A stretch of 64,000 nucleotides of DNA from a bacterium (lineage in GTDB: Bacteria; Bacteroidota; Bacteroidia; NS11-12g; UBA955), in the NCBI GenBank assembly GCA_029945665.1, contig JAQSCZ010000122.1, forward strand, positions 1,868-65,867, written 5' to 3'. Made by a program: the position numbers and the translations under genes. Positions 1 to 10,125 of the stretch are shown here, piece after piece. The notes below the pieces were generated by a model. That model saw only the letters and a list, made by a program, of their open reading frames with translations. It was not told the DNA's origin and did no database searches. Each line of letters opens with the position of its first letter. Position 1 is the first letter of the stretch.

Positions 1-1657
1 AACCACTGATAAAACATTGTGTGTAAATGCAATATTGACCATAATAACCCACATTGTCAGAAATTAAGTTATCGGTAATATTCTCATCATAATCATAATA
101 AGAACAAATGCCGTATACATAACCTTGGTTACTTGCAGACTTATTTGCAAGGATTTGGTTTCTTTGAATATTAACATAACCATAACTTGGCTGATAAGTG
201 TAAAACAAATCACCCATAGCGATACCGACCATGTAATAGCCGTAAGCTTGGTTTTTTCTAATTATGTTGTCACTCACATTAAGGAAACTGGTATTTGAAT
301 TGTATAAATAGTAACCTTGTATTCCTTGAAAATAATAACCTGCGCTTAAATTATTCTCAATTAAATTTCCACTAATTGAGGTAGCGATACCAGTAGCATT
401 TTGTGGACTGTAGATATAGATACCTTTCCAATAATAACTACCATCGCAATTTTTAATGGTATTATTATTAATTTTATAGGCTAATGCGTAAAATACATAC
501 CAACCATAGTGATTTGCTGAACTATTTGCGGCAGTCACATCATTGTTATCTGCTACGTTATTTGTAATGTCCATATAATAACCGTAGTAAATATAACCAT
601 GGTAATTGTTATATAGAGATGTTAAGTTTTTGGTGGTATTATTAGAAATAGAAAAACGGTTGGTTGTATTATTTAAACCTTGGTTTTGATTCGCCCAAAA
701 TGCATAAGTTGCAGTTTGTGAAGTTGCCGGGGTAGAACCCACAAAAGGCCAATCGTGTAAATTGTTGCCATCTATCTTTAATGAGCGACTTGTTGAATAG
801 CCATAATATGTGTAAATACCATATAGAGATGAAAAACAATTGGCTGAAGTAGCATTTGCTCTTGAAATATCATTGTTCAATACTTGGTTACCATTGGTAT
901 AATACATCCAAACTGCCATGTAATAAAAATTTTGAATGGTGTTGCCAGTGATGGTATTATTTTGTGCGGTATTTGTGTAAGAGGAAGAACTACCAGAACA
1001 GGTGATACCATAAGTTGGTCCAGGGCTGTTTACATTTGTTGTACGCATTAAGTTACCAGAAATTGTATTGTTGTTGCCATAAGTAACAGTGTTAAATGTG
1101 GTAACCGCAGTAGCAGATGATGAAAACGAAATATAGGCTCCACCAGAAGTTGTTCCAGTTGCCATGGCACTAAATTCAATCGTTCCATTTGAAATGGTAT
1201 TGTTATCAGATCCTTTTGAATCAGAACCAATTGTAAATCTGTAACCTTGTGCATACTGAGATGTCGTTGTGTTGCGAACAATTAATTTATCAAAAGTGAA
1301 AAAATCCGCTCCATTAATTAAAATAACAGCATCTGCAATTGAGAAGGCAACAAATTTGCCACCACCGTTGATTGTAACAGTATTGGTGGCAGAAACGCCT
1401 GCAATTACTGGAAAAGCAACTTGAGCAGTTTCAGTAATGTCTGTTTTGACATTCACCACTACAGCTCCGTTAACACCATTGGTTACAATGTTGTTTCGGA
1501 AATCTTGCCAATTGGCAAAGTTAGTTCCACCAGTTGCGGCCGTGTTGTCTATGGTATAAGTACCAGACATTTGGGCCGAGACTGAGCCCATAACACCCAC
1601 AAACACTAGCATAAGCAGTAATTTGAGGCTTTGTTTTAATTTGTACATTTTTTTCAT
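1..1657 (-). CDS. Large secreted right-handed parallel beta-helix protein (5' part; continues past the window start)
   Basis: Not in the ORF track because no stop lies in the window. Manual translation from ATG 1657 (MKKMYKLKQSLKLLLMLVFVGVMGSVSAQMSGTYTID...) stays open to base 2. It has a signal peptide and repeated NNTIxGN / YGIYxYY beta-helix-type rungs. TATATTTG promoter motif at 1701-1708 on the minus strand. Confidence 0.85.
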   Translation of the reverse strand, partial: MKKMYKLKQSLKLLLMLVFVGVMGSVSAQMSGTYTIDNTAATGGTNFANWQDFRNNIVTNGVNGAVVVNVKTDITETAQVAFPVIAGVSATNTVTINGGGKFVAFSIADAVILINGADFFTFDKLIVRNTTTSQYAQGYRFTIGSDSKGSDNNTISNGTIEFSAMATGTTSGGAYISFSSSATAVTTFNTVTYGNNNTISGNLMRTTNVNSPGPTYGITCSGSSSSYTNTAQNNTITGNTIQNFYYMAVWMYYTNGNQVLNNDISRANATSANCFSSLYGIYTYYGYSTSRSLKIDGNNLHDWPFVGSTPATSQTATYAFWANQNQGLNNTTNRFSISNNTTKNLTSLYNNYHGYIYYGYYMDITNNVADNNDVTAANSSANHYGWYVFYALAYKINNNTIKNCDGSYYWKGIYIYSPQNATGIATSISGNLIENNLSAGYYFQGIQGYYLYNSNTSFLNVSDNIIRKNQAYGYYMVGIAMGDLFYTYQPSYGYVNIQRNQILANKSASNQGYVYGICSYYDYDENITDNLISDNVGYYGQYCIYTQCFISG

Positions 1658-1717
1658 AAAACTTATTTAATTTAATTGATTTTTAAGTATTTTAACTGAA
1701 CAAATATATCAATCAAA

Positions 1718-1743
1718 TTTTAATAAGCAAACGTTTATTAAAA
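1718..1743. terminator. Hairpin downstream of comEC, probable intrinsic terminator
   Basis: ttttaataagc-aaac-gtttattaaaa inverted repeat with A/T tails. Confidence 0.5.
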
Positions 1744-1774
1744 AAAAGTATGAAAAATTTACAATAGCTACATT

Positions 1775-3853
1775 TTAAAATGACAATAGTATAAAATGCT
1801 CAGCGCTTTTATAAGAAGTAGCAAATTTTTTAAAATAATCTCTTTCAAAATTTCGCTTATCAAAAAAACTAATACTAGCGCCATACTTAGATAACTTTGG
1901 AGGAATTGTCATATTTGCTACCAGGCCTTTATGGTATCTATTTACAATTAAAATTCCGTTTTTATGGACATTGTCTTTGAGTATTTTATCTATTGTCAAA
2001 AATCTGTCATAAAACTGAAAGCCTACATTTTTGTCATAAAAAACTGGCGAAGCCTTGACTGAATTTTTTAAATTACATTTCTTAATTCCAGTTATCCCTT
2101 GCTTCCAATAAAATGGTTCGAGAAAAAATTTGATCCCAGCTTCGTTATTTAGAAAAACGCTATCAGAAAACAAATAAACTGTTGTACCATCTATAAAACT
2201 GTAAACATTATGACTCTTGATATGGTGCACCACAATTATTCTTTGACTATCGTGTATGTATTTCTCGTATAAAATATTTGAATAAAACAATATGACTATC
2301 AATGGCAAGTATAGCAACACCCATTTGTATCGGTTGATGTGGAACATCAATATCAAAATTATAATCAAGTATATAGCAAGCATCTGCATGGTATCTATAT
2401 ATAGGCCGCCTACGTATGAATATGGCAACCTATCAATTTGCGTAACCAACCAATTACTAAACTGCAGTAAATATAAAATAATACTGCCAAAAATAATTGC
2501 TATCGAAGGTATAAAACTTAGTACAATAAGGATTATCAATCCTATAAGAATAAGACTGGTAATAGGTATTATTAAAAGATTAGAAAGTATAAAATAATTC
2601 GGAAATTGATGGAAATAAAAAATTCCGATTGGGAAAGTAAGCAATTGCGCTGCTAGGGAAACAGAAATAAGGCCCCAAAGATATTTGTCGATCCAAAATC
2701 TAGGTTTATACCAGTTCTGAATCAAAGGTTGAATAAAAACGATACCAAGCACAGCTAGATAAGACAGCTGAAACCCAATATCTACAATGAATTTTGGATT
2801 ATACGCTAACAAAAGGAAGGCCGAAGCGTATATGTTATTATAAATATTTACTTGATACCTCAATAATTTGCCAATTGATATAAAGCTAAACATAATAGAA
2901 GCTCTTAAAACTGAAGATGAGAGGCCCGTCATAAAAGCATAAAACCAAATTCCAAGCAGTAAAATTATAACTTGTAAAAGCTTACCTCCTTTAAATTTCC
3001 TTAGGGGGGCTGTAAAAAGCGCCAAAACCAAATAAATTATTCCTGCATGCATGCCGCTAACAGCCAAAACATGCAAGGTACCAGTTCGCATAAAAGCTGA
3101 GGTGATATCAGGATCCAGATCGTCCTTGTATCCCATCAAAAGCGCCTCTGCAACACCAGCCTCTTTGGCGCTTTGAATATTTGTTTTAATAATCTTGAGC
3201 ACATGGTTACGCCATTTATTTGCATATTGAAAAATTGATAAGGTATAAATCTTACTAATTCTATGACTTGAAGAATCAGCAAATAATTGGTAACTAATAT
3301 TATGAAAACTTAGGTATCGTTTATAATCAAATTCCTCAGGATTAGAGGGTGGTTTGACAGCAATATATTTTGAGTTAACCCAGAAATGAGATCCTATGGC
3401 AGGCTTTATAATTCCTTGACCCTTTTTCAAATAAAATAAAAGGCTGCCTTGAGCACTCATTGCCTTCCTATTTGAATCAACAACGCCAATGACTTTGGCA
3501 TAGCATCTATAAAATTTATTTTTTTCAGTGACGCCATCATCGACAACAATTTCTAAAAACTTGGATTTTGAGAAGGTCGTAAAATGTTTTGGTTGTGCTT
3601 GCTCATCATAACCATGTGTCCTTAAATAGCCAAGACAGAGCATTACCATCGTTATTAAAACCCCAACATACTTTTGCTCTCTGAATAGATGATTGGAGCT
3701 TCTACTGCTTGTATACAATAGGTATAATGCAAGCGAAAAAAACAGCAAAACAATTGGCAAAACAAAACCAACTGGGCAATAGAGTGAAATGAAAATTCCT
3801 AAAATAAATGGCACCAAAAGCCTGACAAAAGGTATGGCATGCCAACTAAACAT
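1775..3853 (-). CDS. comEC: ComEC/Rec2 family competence protein
   Basis: GTLHVLAVSGMH, SVLRASIM and GFQLSYLAV Competence-domain motifs; N-terminal PPSNPEEFDYKRYL (DUF4131-like). Confidence 0.93.
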   Translation of the reverse strand: MFSWHAIPFVRLLVPFILGIFISLYCPVGFVLPIVLLFFSLALYLLYTSSRSSNHLFREQKYVGVLITMVMLCLGYLRTHGYDEQAQPKHFTTFSKSKFLEIVVDDGVTEKNKFYRCYAKVIGVVDSNRKAMSAQGSLLFYLKKGQGIIKPAIGSHFWVNSKYIAVKPPSNPEEFDYKRYLSFHNISYQLFADSSSHRISKIYTLSIFQYANKWRNHVLKIIKTNIQSAKEAGVAEALLMGYKDDLDPDITSAFMRTGTLHVLAVSGMHAGIIYLVLALFTAPLRKFKGGKLLQVIILLLGIWFYAFMTGLSSSVLRASIMFSFISIGKLLRYQVNIYNNIYASAFLLLAYNPKFIVDIGFQLSYLAVLGIVFIQPLIQNWYKPRFWIDKYLWGLISVSLAAQLLTFPIGIFYFHQFPNYFILSNLLIIPITSLILIGLIILIVLSFIPSIAIIFGSIILYLLQFSNWLVTQIDRLPYSYVGGLYIDTMQMLAIYLIIILILMFHINRYKWVLLYLPLIVILFYSNILYEKYIHDSQRIIVVHHIKSHNVYSFIDGTTVYLFSDSVFLNNEAGIKFFLEPFYWKQGITGIKKCNLKNSVKASPVFYDKNVGFQFYDRFLTIDKILKDNVHKNGILIVNRYHKGLVANMTIPPKLSKYGASISFFDKRNFERDYFKKFATSYKSAEHFILLSF

Positions 3854-3856
3854 GAA

Positions 3857-4660
3857 TTATAAATATCTTCTCTTTACAAGTAGGAAGAATTCTGCCGCTA
3901 AATCTTCATTCTCATTCCAAGCATAGGTCTCTGCAACCTCACTTTCAATGTAATCAGCAGCTATTGCAAAAGAACCAGCTGTTTCAACAGCTAAAATACA
4001 AGATTTGTAAGCGTCGGCATTGCCCTGAAACAACTCATTGATAAACTCAAACTTTTTACTGATTGAAATAGCTTTCACCAATTCTTTAATTGGGGTATCT
4101 TTTAATTTATCCGCTAAATTTACCACAGGCTGTTTAAATTTGGCTAATTTGCCATTCACAGTAGCCTCATCATTATCAATCTCATCCTGTTTAGAAACGA
4201 TTGTGGTTGAAATTGGAGGGCTTAATTTTTCTTGAACTGGTTCTTTTTTGTCCTCTTCAATTGCTGGTTTAGAATTTTTATTTTCAATAGCCTGAGGAAT
4301 TGCATTGTCTTGTACTTCCTTTTTTGTAACTGGAATATTGATGACTGGAATATTGATAACTGGGACAGGCCTTTCCACTTCCACTTCAATTTCTGCTATT
4401 GGTTCAATAATTGGCAAATTATCCTTTGGCGCATCAGGTACTATGACAGGTTCGGATTTAATGATTTTTATTTCGACAGTTTGTTTAGTCTTTGCATTTA
4501 TATCTATCAACTGGGCTTGCTCATAAATATGAATGGCGCCTTGCTTGATGCGATCTTGCACAAACGAAAAATTGCCAATTGCCTCGGCCTCTGTTATAGT
4601 ATCATTAAGAGCATTTATAGATAGCTTTAATGCATTCAAGATTTCAATATTATTTGACAT
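3857..4660 (-). CDS. Conserved Bacteroidota hypothetical protein
   Basis: Low-complexity linker followed by a C-terminal AISISKKFEFINELFQG...FFLLVKRRY domain of a type seen in Bacteroidota; operonic with dcd. Confidence 0.7.
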   Translation of the reverse strand: MSNNIEILNALKLSINALNDTITEAEAIGNFSFVQDRIKQGAIHIYEQAQLIDINAKTKQTVEIKIIKSEPVIVPDAPKDNLPIIEPIAEIEVEVERPVPVINIPVINIPVTKKEVQDNAIPQAIENKNSKPAIEEDKKEPVQEKLSPPISTTIVSKQDEIDNDEATVNGKLAKFKQPVVNLADKLKDTPIKELVKAISISKKFEFINELFQGNADAYKSCILAVETAGSFAIAADYIESEVAETYAWNENEDLAAEFFLLVKRRYL

Positions 4661-4671
4661 GGAAGACTGAA

Positions 4672-5208
4672 TTAAAATTTATTCTTCCACATCATACTCT
4701 CCACAGGCTTTATGGTGCGAGTGCTATACTTCGCATTTTTCTTTTTGTTATACATGGTATTTACCTCACCAGCAACCATAAAATAAATCAACTGACCGAT
4801 AGGCATGCCAAAATATACCTTTACTGGCTGTGAAACGCTAATTTCAAGTGTCCATGTATTACAAAATCCAACATCACCTTTTCCTGCTGTTGCATGTATA
4901 TCTATACCTAATCTACCCGTACTACTTTTTCCTTCCAAGAATGGCACATGAGCGTGGGTTTCTGTATACTCTTCTGTGACACCTAAATATAAAGTTCCTG
5001 GATGCAGGACTATGCCTTCTTGAGGTATTTCAAAATGGTCAATTTTATTGTGTCCTTTTGCGTCTAATATTCTGTCTTTGTAGGTAGCTAAATATCTACC
5101 TAAATGCACATCGTAGCTATTAGTTCCTAAACATTCTGGGCGAAATGGCTCAATTAAAATATTGCCATTTTCAATTTCATCTAAAATTTGTTGGTCTGTA
5201 AGTATCAT
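4672..5208 (-). CDS. dcd: dCTP deaminase
   Basis: MILTD...NSYDVHLG, GKSSTGRLG, GDVGFCNTWTLEI and IGQLIYF motifs. Confidence 0.95.
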   Translation of the reverse strand: MILTDQQILDEIENGNILIEPFRPECLGTNSYDVHLGRYLATYKDRILDAKGHNKIDHFEIPQEGIVLHPGTLYLGVTEEYTETHAHVPFLEGKSSTGRLGIDIHATAGKGDVGFCNTWTLEISVSQPVKVYFGMPIGQLIYFMVAGEVNTMYNKKKNAKYSTRTIKPVESMMWKNKF

Positions 5209-6083
5209 TTTTGTTGTATTTCAAAGCACATAATCATGCGGTCATCACTGCACGAAATAAATCTGTTTATTCCAATCCACAAAATTTTATTGACAGAAGA
5301 TTGATGTGCCTCATATTTTTCGTTGCTAATTACCTTCAATAATTCATGGTTTTCTGACTTCCATAATTTTATTGACTTATCTAAACTGCAAGTTGCGAAA
5401 TAAGTTTGGGTTTCATTAAAACTAATACAATTAATATGGTACCAATGGGCACTTATGATTTTTAGCACTTCAAGATTATCCCATACTTTCAAAACGGCAT
5501 CTCGGCCACCACTTATTAATATATTATTTTCAAAATCGTAATCTAGCGCAAAAATAGACTGATCATGGGCTGTTTGAAACTTTACAATATTAGCTAATTT
5601 ATCAAGTTGCCAAATAATCCCTTCGCTACCAGCAACAAAAACAGTTGTCTCTGTGGCAACCATTTTTCTTAGGCTTTTATTAGATAAATTAGATTGTTTT
5701 TCAATAACAAAATCCTTTGTCAAAACTATAAGAATACCATTTCCATTGGCTAATAAAAATTTATCATACCATACAAGTATATCAAAAATGGCAGAAGTAT
5801 CAAATTGCAATTGATTCACAATTTTTTTAGTCGTCAGATTAAAGACAGTCAATACACCCTTGTTACCACCGCATAGTAAGTTGTCCTTAAATCTGCAAAG
5901 ACTATAGATCGGATATGGGAAGCGGATTAACAATTGCCCGTCAGCCTGTTCCAAATTCCATTTTACAACCATTCCATCTGCACCACTGCTGTAAAATACA
6001 TTGGTATCCTCACCCTTGCAAAGGGTATAAACAGCTTGGCTATGTCCGCTAAAATTTCTTACCTTCGCTACTTGTATTGACAT
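5205..6083 (-). CDS. WD40-repeat beta-propeller protein
   Basis: Multiple GH/AH...SGxxDxxxKxW repeats. Confidence 0.9.
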   Translation of the reverse strand: MSIQVAKVRNFSGHSQAVYTLCKGEDTNVFYSSGADGMVVKWNLEQADGQLLIRFPYPIYSLCRFKDNLLCGGNKGVLTVFNLTTKKIVNQLQFDTSAIFDILVWYDKFLLANGNGILIVLTKDFVIEKQSNLSNKSLRKMVATETTVFVAGSEGIIWQLDKLANIVKFQTAHDQSIFALDYDFENNILISGGRDAVLKVWDNLEVLKIISAHWYHINCISFNETQTYFATCSLDKSIKLWKSENHELLKVISNEKYEAHQSSVNKILWIGINRFISCSDDRMIMCFEIQQK

Positions 6084-6711
6084 GCCACTAATATTTGAAA
6101 AAACAATTGATACTGCAAAGAAACTAGCTGTTTGGCAAATAACCGAATCCGATGAAGAACTTTTTGCAATTCATCAATTTTCGATCCGTCATGATTACAC
6201 AAAAAAACGCAATCTAGAACTTGCGGTTTCACAGATACTACTCAATCATTTGCTTGGCTTTAGTGCACATCTTAACTTGACAAAGGATGCCTACGGAAAA
6301 CCTTTTTTAAATAATTCTAATATTGCCATTTCTTTTAGTCATTCAAAACAAATGGTGGCTTGTATTATTGATTTAAACGGCAGCGATGTTGGAATTGACA
6401 TTGAAATAATCAGAGAAAGGATTCAATATATTTCACACAAGTTTCAGTCAACTAGGGATTTTACTATTTTGAATGGAATTTTGTCTAGCCATTTAATTTG
6501 GGGTGGAAAGGAAGTTCTTTATAAAATTTATGCAAAAAAAGAATTGGATTTTATCGACCATCTAAGTGTCAATTTTAATTCTGAGATAAGCCTCACAAAT
6601 AACCAATTTCGAGGAGAAGGCTATGGAACAGTTGATAAAGGACATCACACATCTGTCCACCATTTATTCTATGAAACAATTGGTGAATTTATGTTGGTAT
6701 GGGGCTACTAA
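6082..6711 (+). CDS. 4'-phosphopantetheinyl transferase (Sfp-like)
   Basis: GKPFL, ISFSHS, VGIDIE and WGGKEVLYK motifs. Confidence 0.9.
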   Translation: MPLIFEKTIDTAKKLAVWQITESDEELFAIHQFSIRHDYTKKRNLELAVSQILLNHLLGFSAHLNLTKDAYGKPFLNNSNIAISFSHSKQMVACIIDLNGSDVGIDIEIIRERIQYISHKFQSTRDFTILNGILSSHLIWGGKEVLYKIYAKKELDFIDHLSVNFNSEISLTNNQFRGEGYGTVDKGHHTSVHHLFYETIGEFMLVWGY

Positions 6712-6940
6712 GTTCATTGGTAAAAAACTTTCAAAATTACCATATACTATGCGATAGCGTAATAATGCCGAGCCAGAATACAATGCTAAAAAATCATGGA
6801 TTGTAAACCCAGCCATCATATTTGGTTTACTGAGAGACGTAAAAAAAGGAAAATAAAATGGTCGAAAAACTAAACCAATAAATTAATACAATTTAGAAGT
6901 AAAACATAAAATATCAAAATGGTATTCGTTCTGATTTTAC

Positions 6941-6948
6941 TATATTTG
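6941..6948 (+). promoter_or_regulatory. Bacteroidota -7 promoter element
   Basis: TATATTTG matches the TAnnTTTG consensus, upstream of the ATG at 6993. Confidence 0.6.
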
Positions 6949-6992
6949 CGCCAAGTTATTATAGTATAATTGCTTTCTAATCAGTTAAATAA

Positions 6993-7952
6993 ATGTCATT
7001 CAAATTTAGTGAAATCGGCAAAAAAATAGTATTTATTTTAATTCTAATATTTTGTTGTACCCCTATTGTAGATCCGCCATTGGCGCTATTAATAGGATTT
7101 ATTTTAGCACAAACCATCGGACATCCTTTTTTAAAATGGAATAGCAAAGCCACCAGTTGGTTGCTTAAAATATCGGTTGTTGGTCTTGGCTTTGGCATGA
7201 ATTTGCACCATGCGATTACCGCAGGTAAAGAAGGATTATACTTTACTATTTTCTCAATTACGATTACCATGTTGGCCGGTTGGTTAATAGGAAAATGGCT
7301 GAAAATAGAACATAAAATTTCATACTTAATTTCAAGTGGTACTGCAATCTGTGGAGGAAGTGCGATTGCTGCAGTTTCACCAATTATTAAGGCAGACGAC
7401 AAACAAATGAGTGTAGCACTAGGGACTGTATTTATATTAAATTCCTTAGCGCTATTTATTTTCCCCATTATCGGACATTTATTAGACATGTCTCAGCATG
7501 AATTTGGTATTTGGAGTGCAATAGCTATTCATGATACCAGTTCTGTTGTTGGAGCAGCATCGCGCTTCGATCAATACTTTCCTTCAACTTCCTTGGAAAG
7601 TGCACTTCAAGTTGCTACAACAATAAAATTAGAACGCGCCCTTTGGATTATTCCTCTTTCTATTTTAACCGCATTTTTTACTAAAGGTGAAAATAAAAAA
7701 ATAAGTATACCTTACTTTATTGGATTTTTTATTTTAACAATGGCCATCAGTACATTTGTTCCTCAATTTCAGGCGGCATATAGCGCTATTGTTTTAGTTT
7801 CCAAACAAGGTCTAACGGTTACATTATTTCTAATAGGCGCTGGATTATCTTTAAAGACCATTCAAGCTGTTGGCTTTAAGCCAATGTTACAAGGAATTTT
7901 GCTATGGCTTTTAATCAGTCTTATTTCAATTTTTACTATCCTCACATTTTAA
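6993..7952 (+). CDS. YeiH family putative sulfate exporter
   Basis: GTAICGGSAIAA, AIHDTSSVVGA and TIKLERALWI motifs; multi-pass membrane protein. Confidence 0.92.
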   Translation: MSFKFSEIGKKIVFILILIFCCTPIVDPPLALLIGFILAQTIGHPFLKWNSKATSWLLKISVVGLGFGMNLHHAITAGKEGLYFTIFSITITMLAGWLIGKWLKIEHKISYLISSGTAICGGSAIAAVSPIIKADDKQMSVALGTVFILNSLALFIFPIIGHLLDMSQHEFGIWSAIAIHDTSSVVGAASRFDQYFPSTSLESALQVATTIKLERALWIIPLSILTAFFTKGENKKISIPYFIGFFILTMAISTFVPQFQAAYSAIVLVSKQGLTVTLFLIGAGLSLKTIQAVGFKPMLQGILLWLLISLISIFTILTF

Positions 7953-7965
7953 TTACTTTTGTACA

Positions 7966-8466
7966 ATGGTTCAAGCATTAATAAATGGCAAATCAATAAG
8001 TATTGAATACTCAAATAAAACTGTAAGCCTCGATGGGGTTGAGAACACCTTGAATATTCTAAGTTTGAACAACCATAAAAACTTACATTTACTTTATAAT
8101 AACCATTCGTATTTTATAGAAGTACTAGAATTCAACAACGCTACTAAAACCTATTTACTCGGTTTTGATGGCAAAACATTTGAAGTTGGAATTAAAGACC
8201 GTTTTGACCAGTTGTTGCACAGCATGGGTCTTGATACCGTCAAAAACAGCAAGGTAAATGAGTTAAAAGCTCCGATGCCAGGACTTGTATTAAGTATAAA
8301 AACAGAGATTGGCCAAGCAGTTAAAAAAGGTGATGCTATTTTAATTTTAGAGGCCATGAAAATGGAGAATGTTATTAAATCACCTACAGACGGGACTATT
8401 AAAACAATTCACATTGTTGATAAACAAGCTGTTGACAAGAACCAAATTCTTATTACTTTTGAATAA
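7966..8466 (+). CDS. Biotin carboxyl carrier protein
   Basis: KAPMPG and LEAMKMEN biotinylation motif. Confidence 0.93.
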   Translation: MVQALINGKSISIEYSNKTVSLDGVENTLNILSLNNHKNLHLLYNNHSYFIEVLEFNNATKTYLLGFDGKTFEVGIKDRFDQLLHSMGLDTVKNSKVNELKAPMPGLVLSIKTEIGQAVKKGDAILILEAMKMENVIKSPTDGTIKTIHIVDKQAVDKNQILITFE

Positions 8467-8482
8467 TTACAATTTAATAATC

Positions 8483-9088
8483 ATGAAAACAAAAATCTAC
8501 CTACTATCCTTTCTAACATTGACATTGCTTATCTCCTCATGCGGAAGTTTATCAATTTCCCAAAAACGCTATAGTAGGGGTCTCAATATTGACCTTTTTG
8601 CTTCAAAGGATGCAAAAACGATGGAACAAAAGGCCAAAGTTGCAACAAAAAAATCGGCTAATAATAATCAAGTCAACATTGCTGAAAATATTTCAAATAA
8701 CACCCCAAAATTAAACAATACTGTAGTTGATTTTTCTATAAAATCAGATAAAATTGAAGCAAAGCCGATTAAACTTAATAAATCCTTAATAAAAAATGTA
8801 AGACAACTTAGGAATACAACACAACAAATTTCTAAAGTTTCGAATCAAACATTTAACAATTCTGAGAAAAAATCAGCCTATTCAGCTTCACCAAAAGAAA
8901 ACACGGAAACTGAGACTATTTTGTTAGTTATACTTGCCTTGTTCCCAATCTTATGTTTAATCGCAGTATACTTATACGACGGTGGTATCACCACAAATTT
9001 TTGGATTGATTTGCTTTTACATTTAACTTTCATAGGTGCAATTATTTTTGCGCTACTGGTTGTTCTAGATGTGATCGATTTATCTTAA
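8483..9088 (+). CDS. Lipoprotein with C-terminal YqaE/Pmp3-like membrane hairpin
   Basis: Start moved to ATG 8483 (MKTKIYLLSFLTLTLLISSC lipobox); C-terminal ILLVILALFP...AVYL...FWIDLLL Pmp3-type segment. Confidence 0.75.
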   Translation: MKTKIYLLSFLTLTLLISSCGSLSISQKRYSRGLNIDLFASKDAKTMEQKAKVATKKSANNNQVNIAENISNNTPKLNNTVVDFSIKSDKIEAKPIKLNKSLIKNVRQLRNTTQQISKVSNQTFNNSEKKSAYSASPKENTETETILLVILALFPILCLIAVYLYDGGITTNFWIDLLLHLTFIGAIIFALLVVLDVIDLS

Positions 9089-9138
9089 GATATATCTAAA
9101 AATAAGAGGGTTTGTCATATTTACTTTGTCTATATAAT

Positions 9139-9175
9139 ATAATTGTATTATAATTGTAAATTATAATACAATTAT
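9139..9175. repeat. Perfect 17-bp inverted repeat overlapping the oxyR start codon
   Basis: ataattgtattataatt-gta-aattataatacaattat. Confidence 0.9.
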
Positions 9176-10112
9176 GACTATTACGCAATTAGAATACATC
9201 ATAGCCCTTGATACCCATAGGAATTTTGTTAATGCTGCTGAAAGTTGCTTTGTCACGCAACCTACCCTTAGCATGCAAATACAGAAACTAGAAGATGAGT
9301 TAGGTGTTAAGATTTTTGATCGCAGCAAGCAACCTGTCATACCAACCCATATTGGTGAAGGTATCATAGCCCAAGGCAGAAATGTTTTGAAAGAACACAG
9401 CAAAATTATTGAACTCATTCAAGATGAAAAAGGTATTATAAAAGGAAATATTAGATTGGGAATCATTCCAACTGTAGCTCCTTACTTAATACCACGATTT
9501 CTAATAAAATTTTTGAGTAAATATCCTGATGTCAATTTAATTGTCAATGAATTAACAACAGAGCAAATAATTTATCAATTAAAAAACGATTTGCTTGATT
9601 GTGGCATTATGGCTTCGCCAATTAAGGATAAAAACTTAAACGAAGAAACTTTGTACTATGAAGAGTTTGTTACATATGTTTCTCCATCTAATAAATTATG
9701 GAAGAAAACAACCGTAAAACCAGAAGATTTAGACTTGGCTGATATATGGATTTTAACCGAAGGTCATTGCATGCGCAACCAAGTAATAAACATCTGTGGC
9801 GAACGAAAAAAAGATGGTTTAAAAGCCCGTTTTGATTACCAAACAGGCAGTGTTGAGACTTTGAAAAGAATTGTTGATCAGGATGATGGAATCACAATTT
9901 TGCCTGAATTAGCCATTTCAGAATTTGGTCCCGATGAAATCGATAAGGTTAGATACTTTAAATTCCCAGAACCTGTAAGGGAAATCAGTATTTTCACTCA
10001 CCGCCATTTTGTAAAAAAGAAACTAATCAAAACTTTAATGGATGAAATTATTTCTAATGTGCCAAATAAAATGCGCAAGAAAGAAAAAAGAGATGTTGTT
10101 AAGATTCACTAA
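9174..10112 (+). CDS. oxyR: Hydrogen peroxide-inducible LysR regulator OxyR
   Basis: LysR HTH (AAESCFVTQPTLSMQIQKLE) and the redox Cys pair in EGHCMRNQVINIC. Confidence 0.93.
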   Translation: MTITQLEYIIALDTHRNFVNAAESCFVTQPTLSMQIQKLEDELGVKIFDRSKQPVIPTHIGEGIIAQGRNVLKEHSKIIELIQDEKGIIKGNIRLGIIPTVAPYLIPRFLIKFLSKYPDVNLIVNELTTEQIIYQLKNDLLDCGIMASPIKDKNLNEETLYYEEFVTYVSPSNKLWKKTTVKPEDLDLADIWILTEGHCMRNQVINICGERKKDGLKARFDYQTGSVETLKRIVDQDDGITILPELAISEFGPDEIDKVRYFKFPEPVREISIFTHRHFVKKKLIKTLMDEIISNVPNKMRKKEKRDVVKIH

Positions 10113-10125
10113 ATTGAGATTTTCC

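Noticed and set aside
6712..6930. Possible small gene between the PPTase and yeiH
   Set aside because: Only short frames (about 50 codons on the minus strand, overlapping the PPTase end) with no recognisable motif
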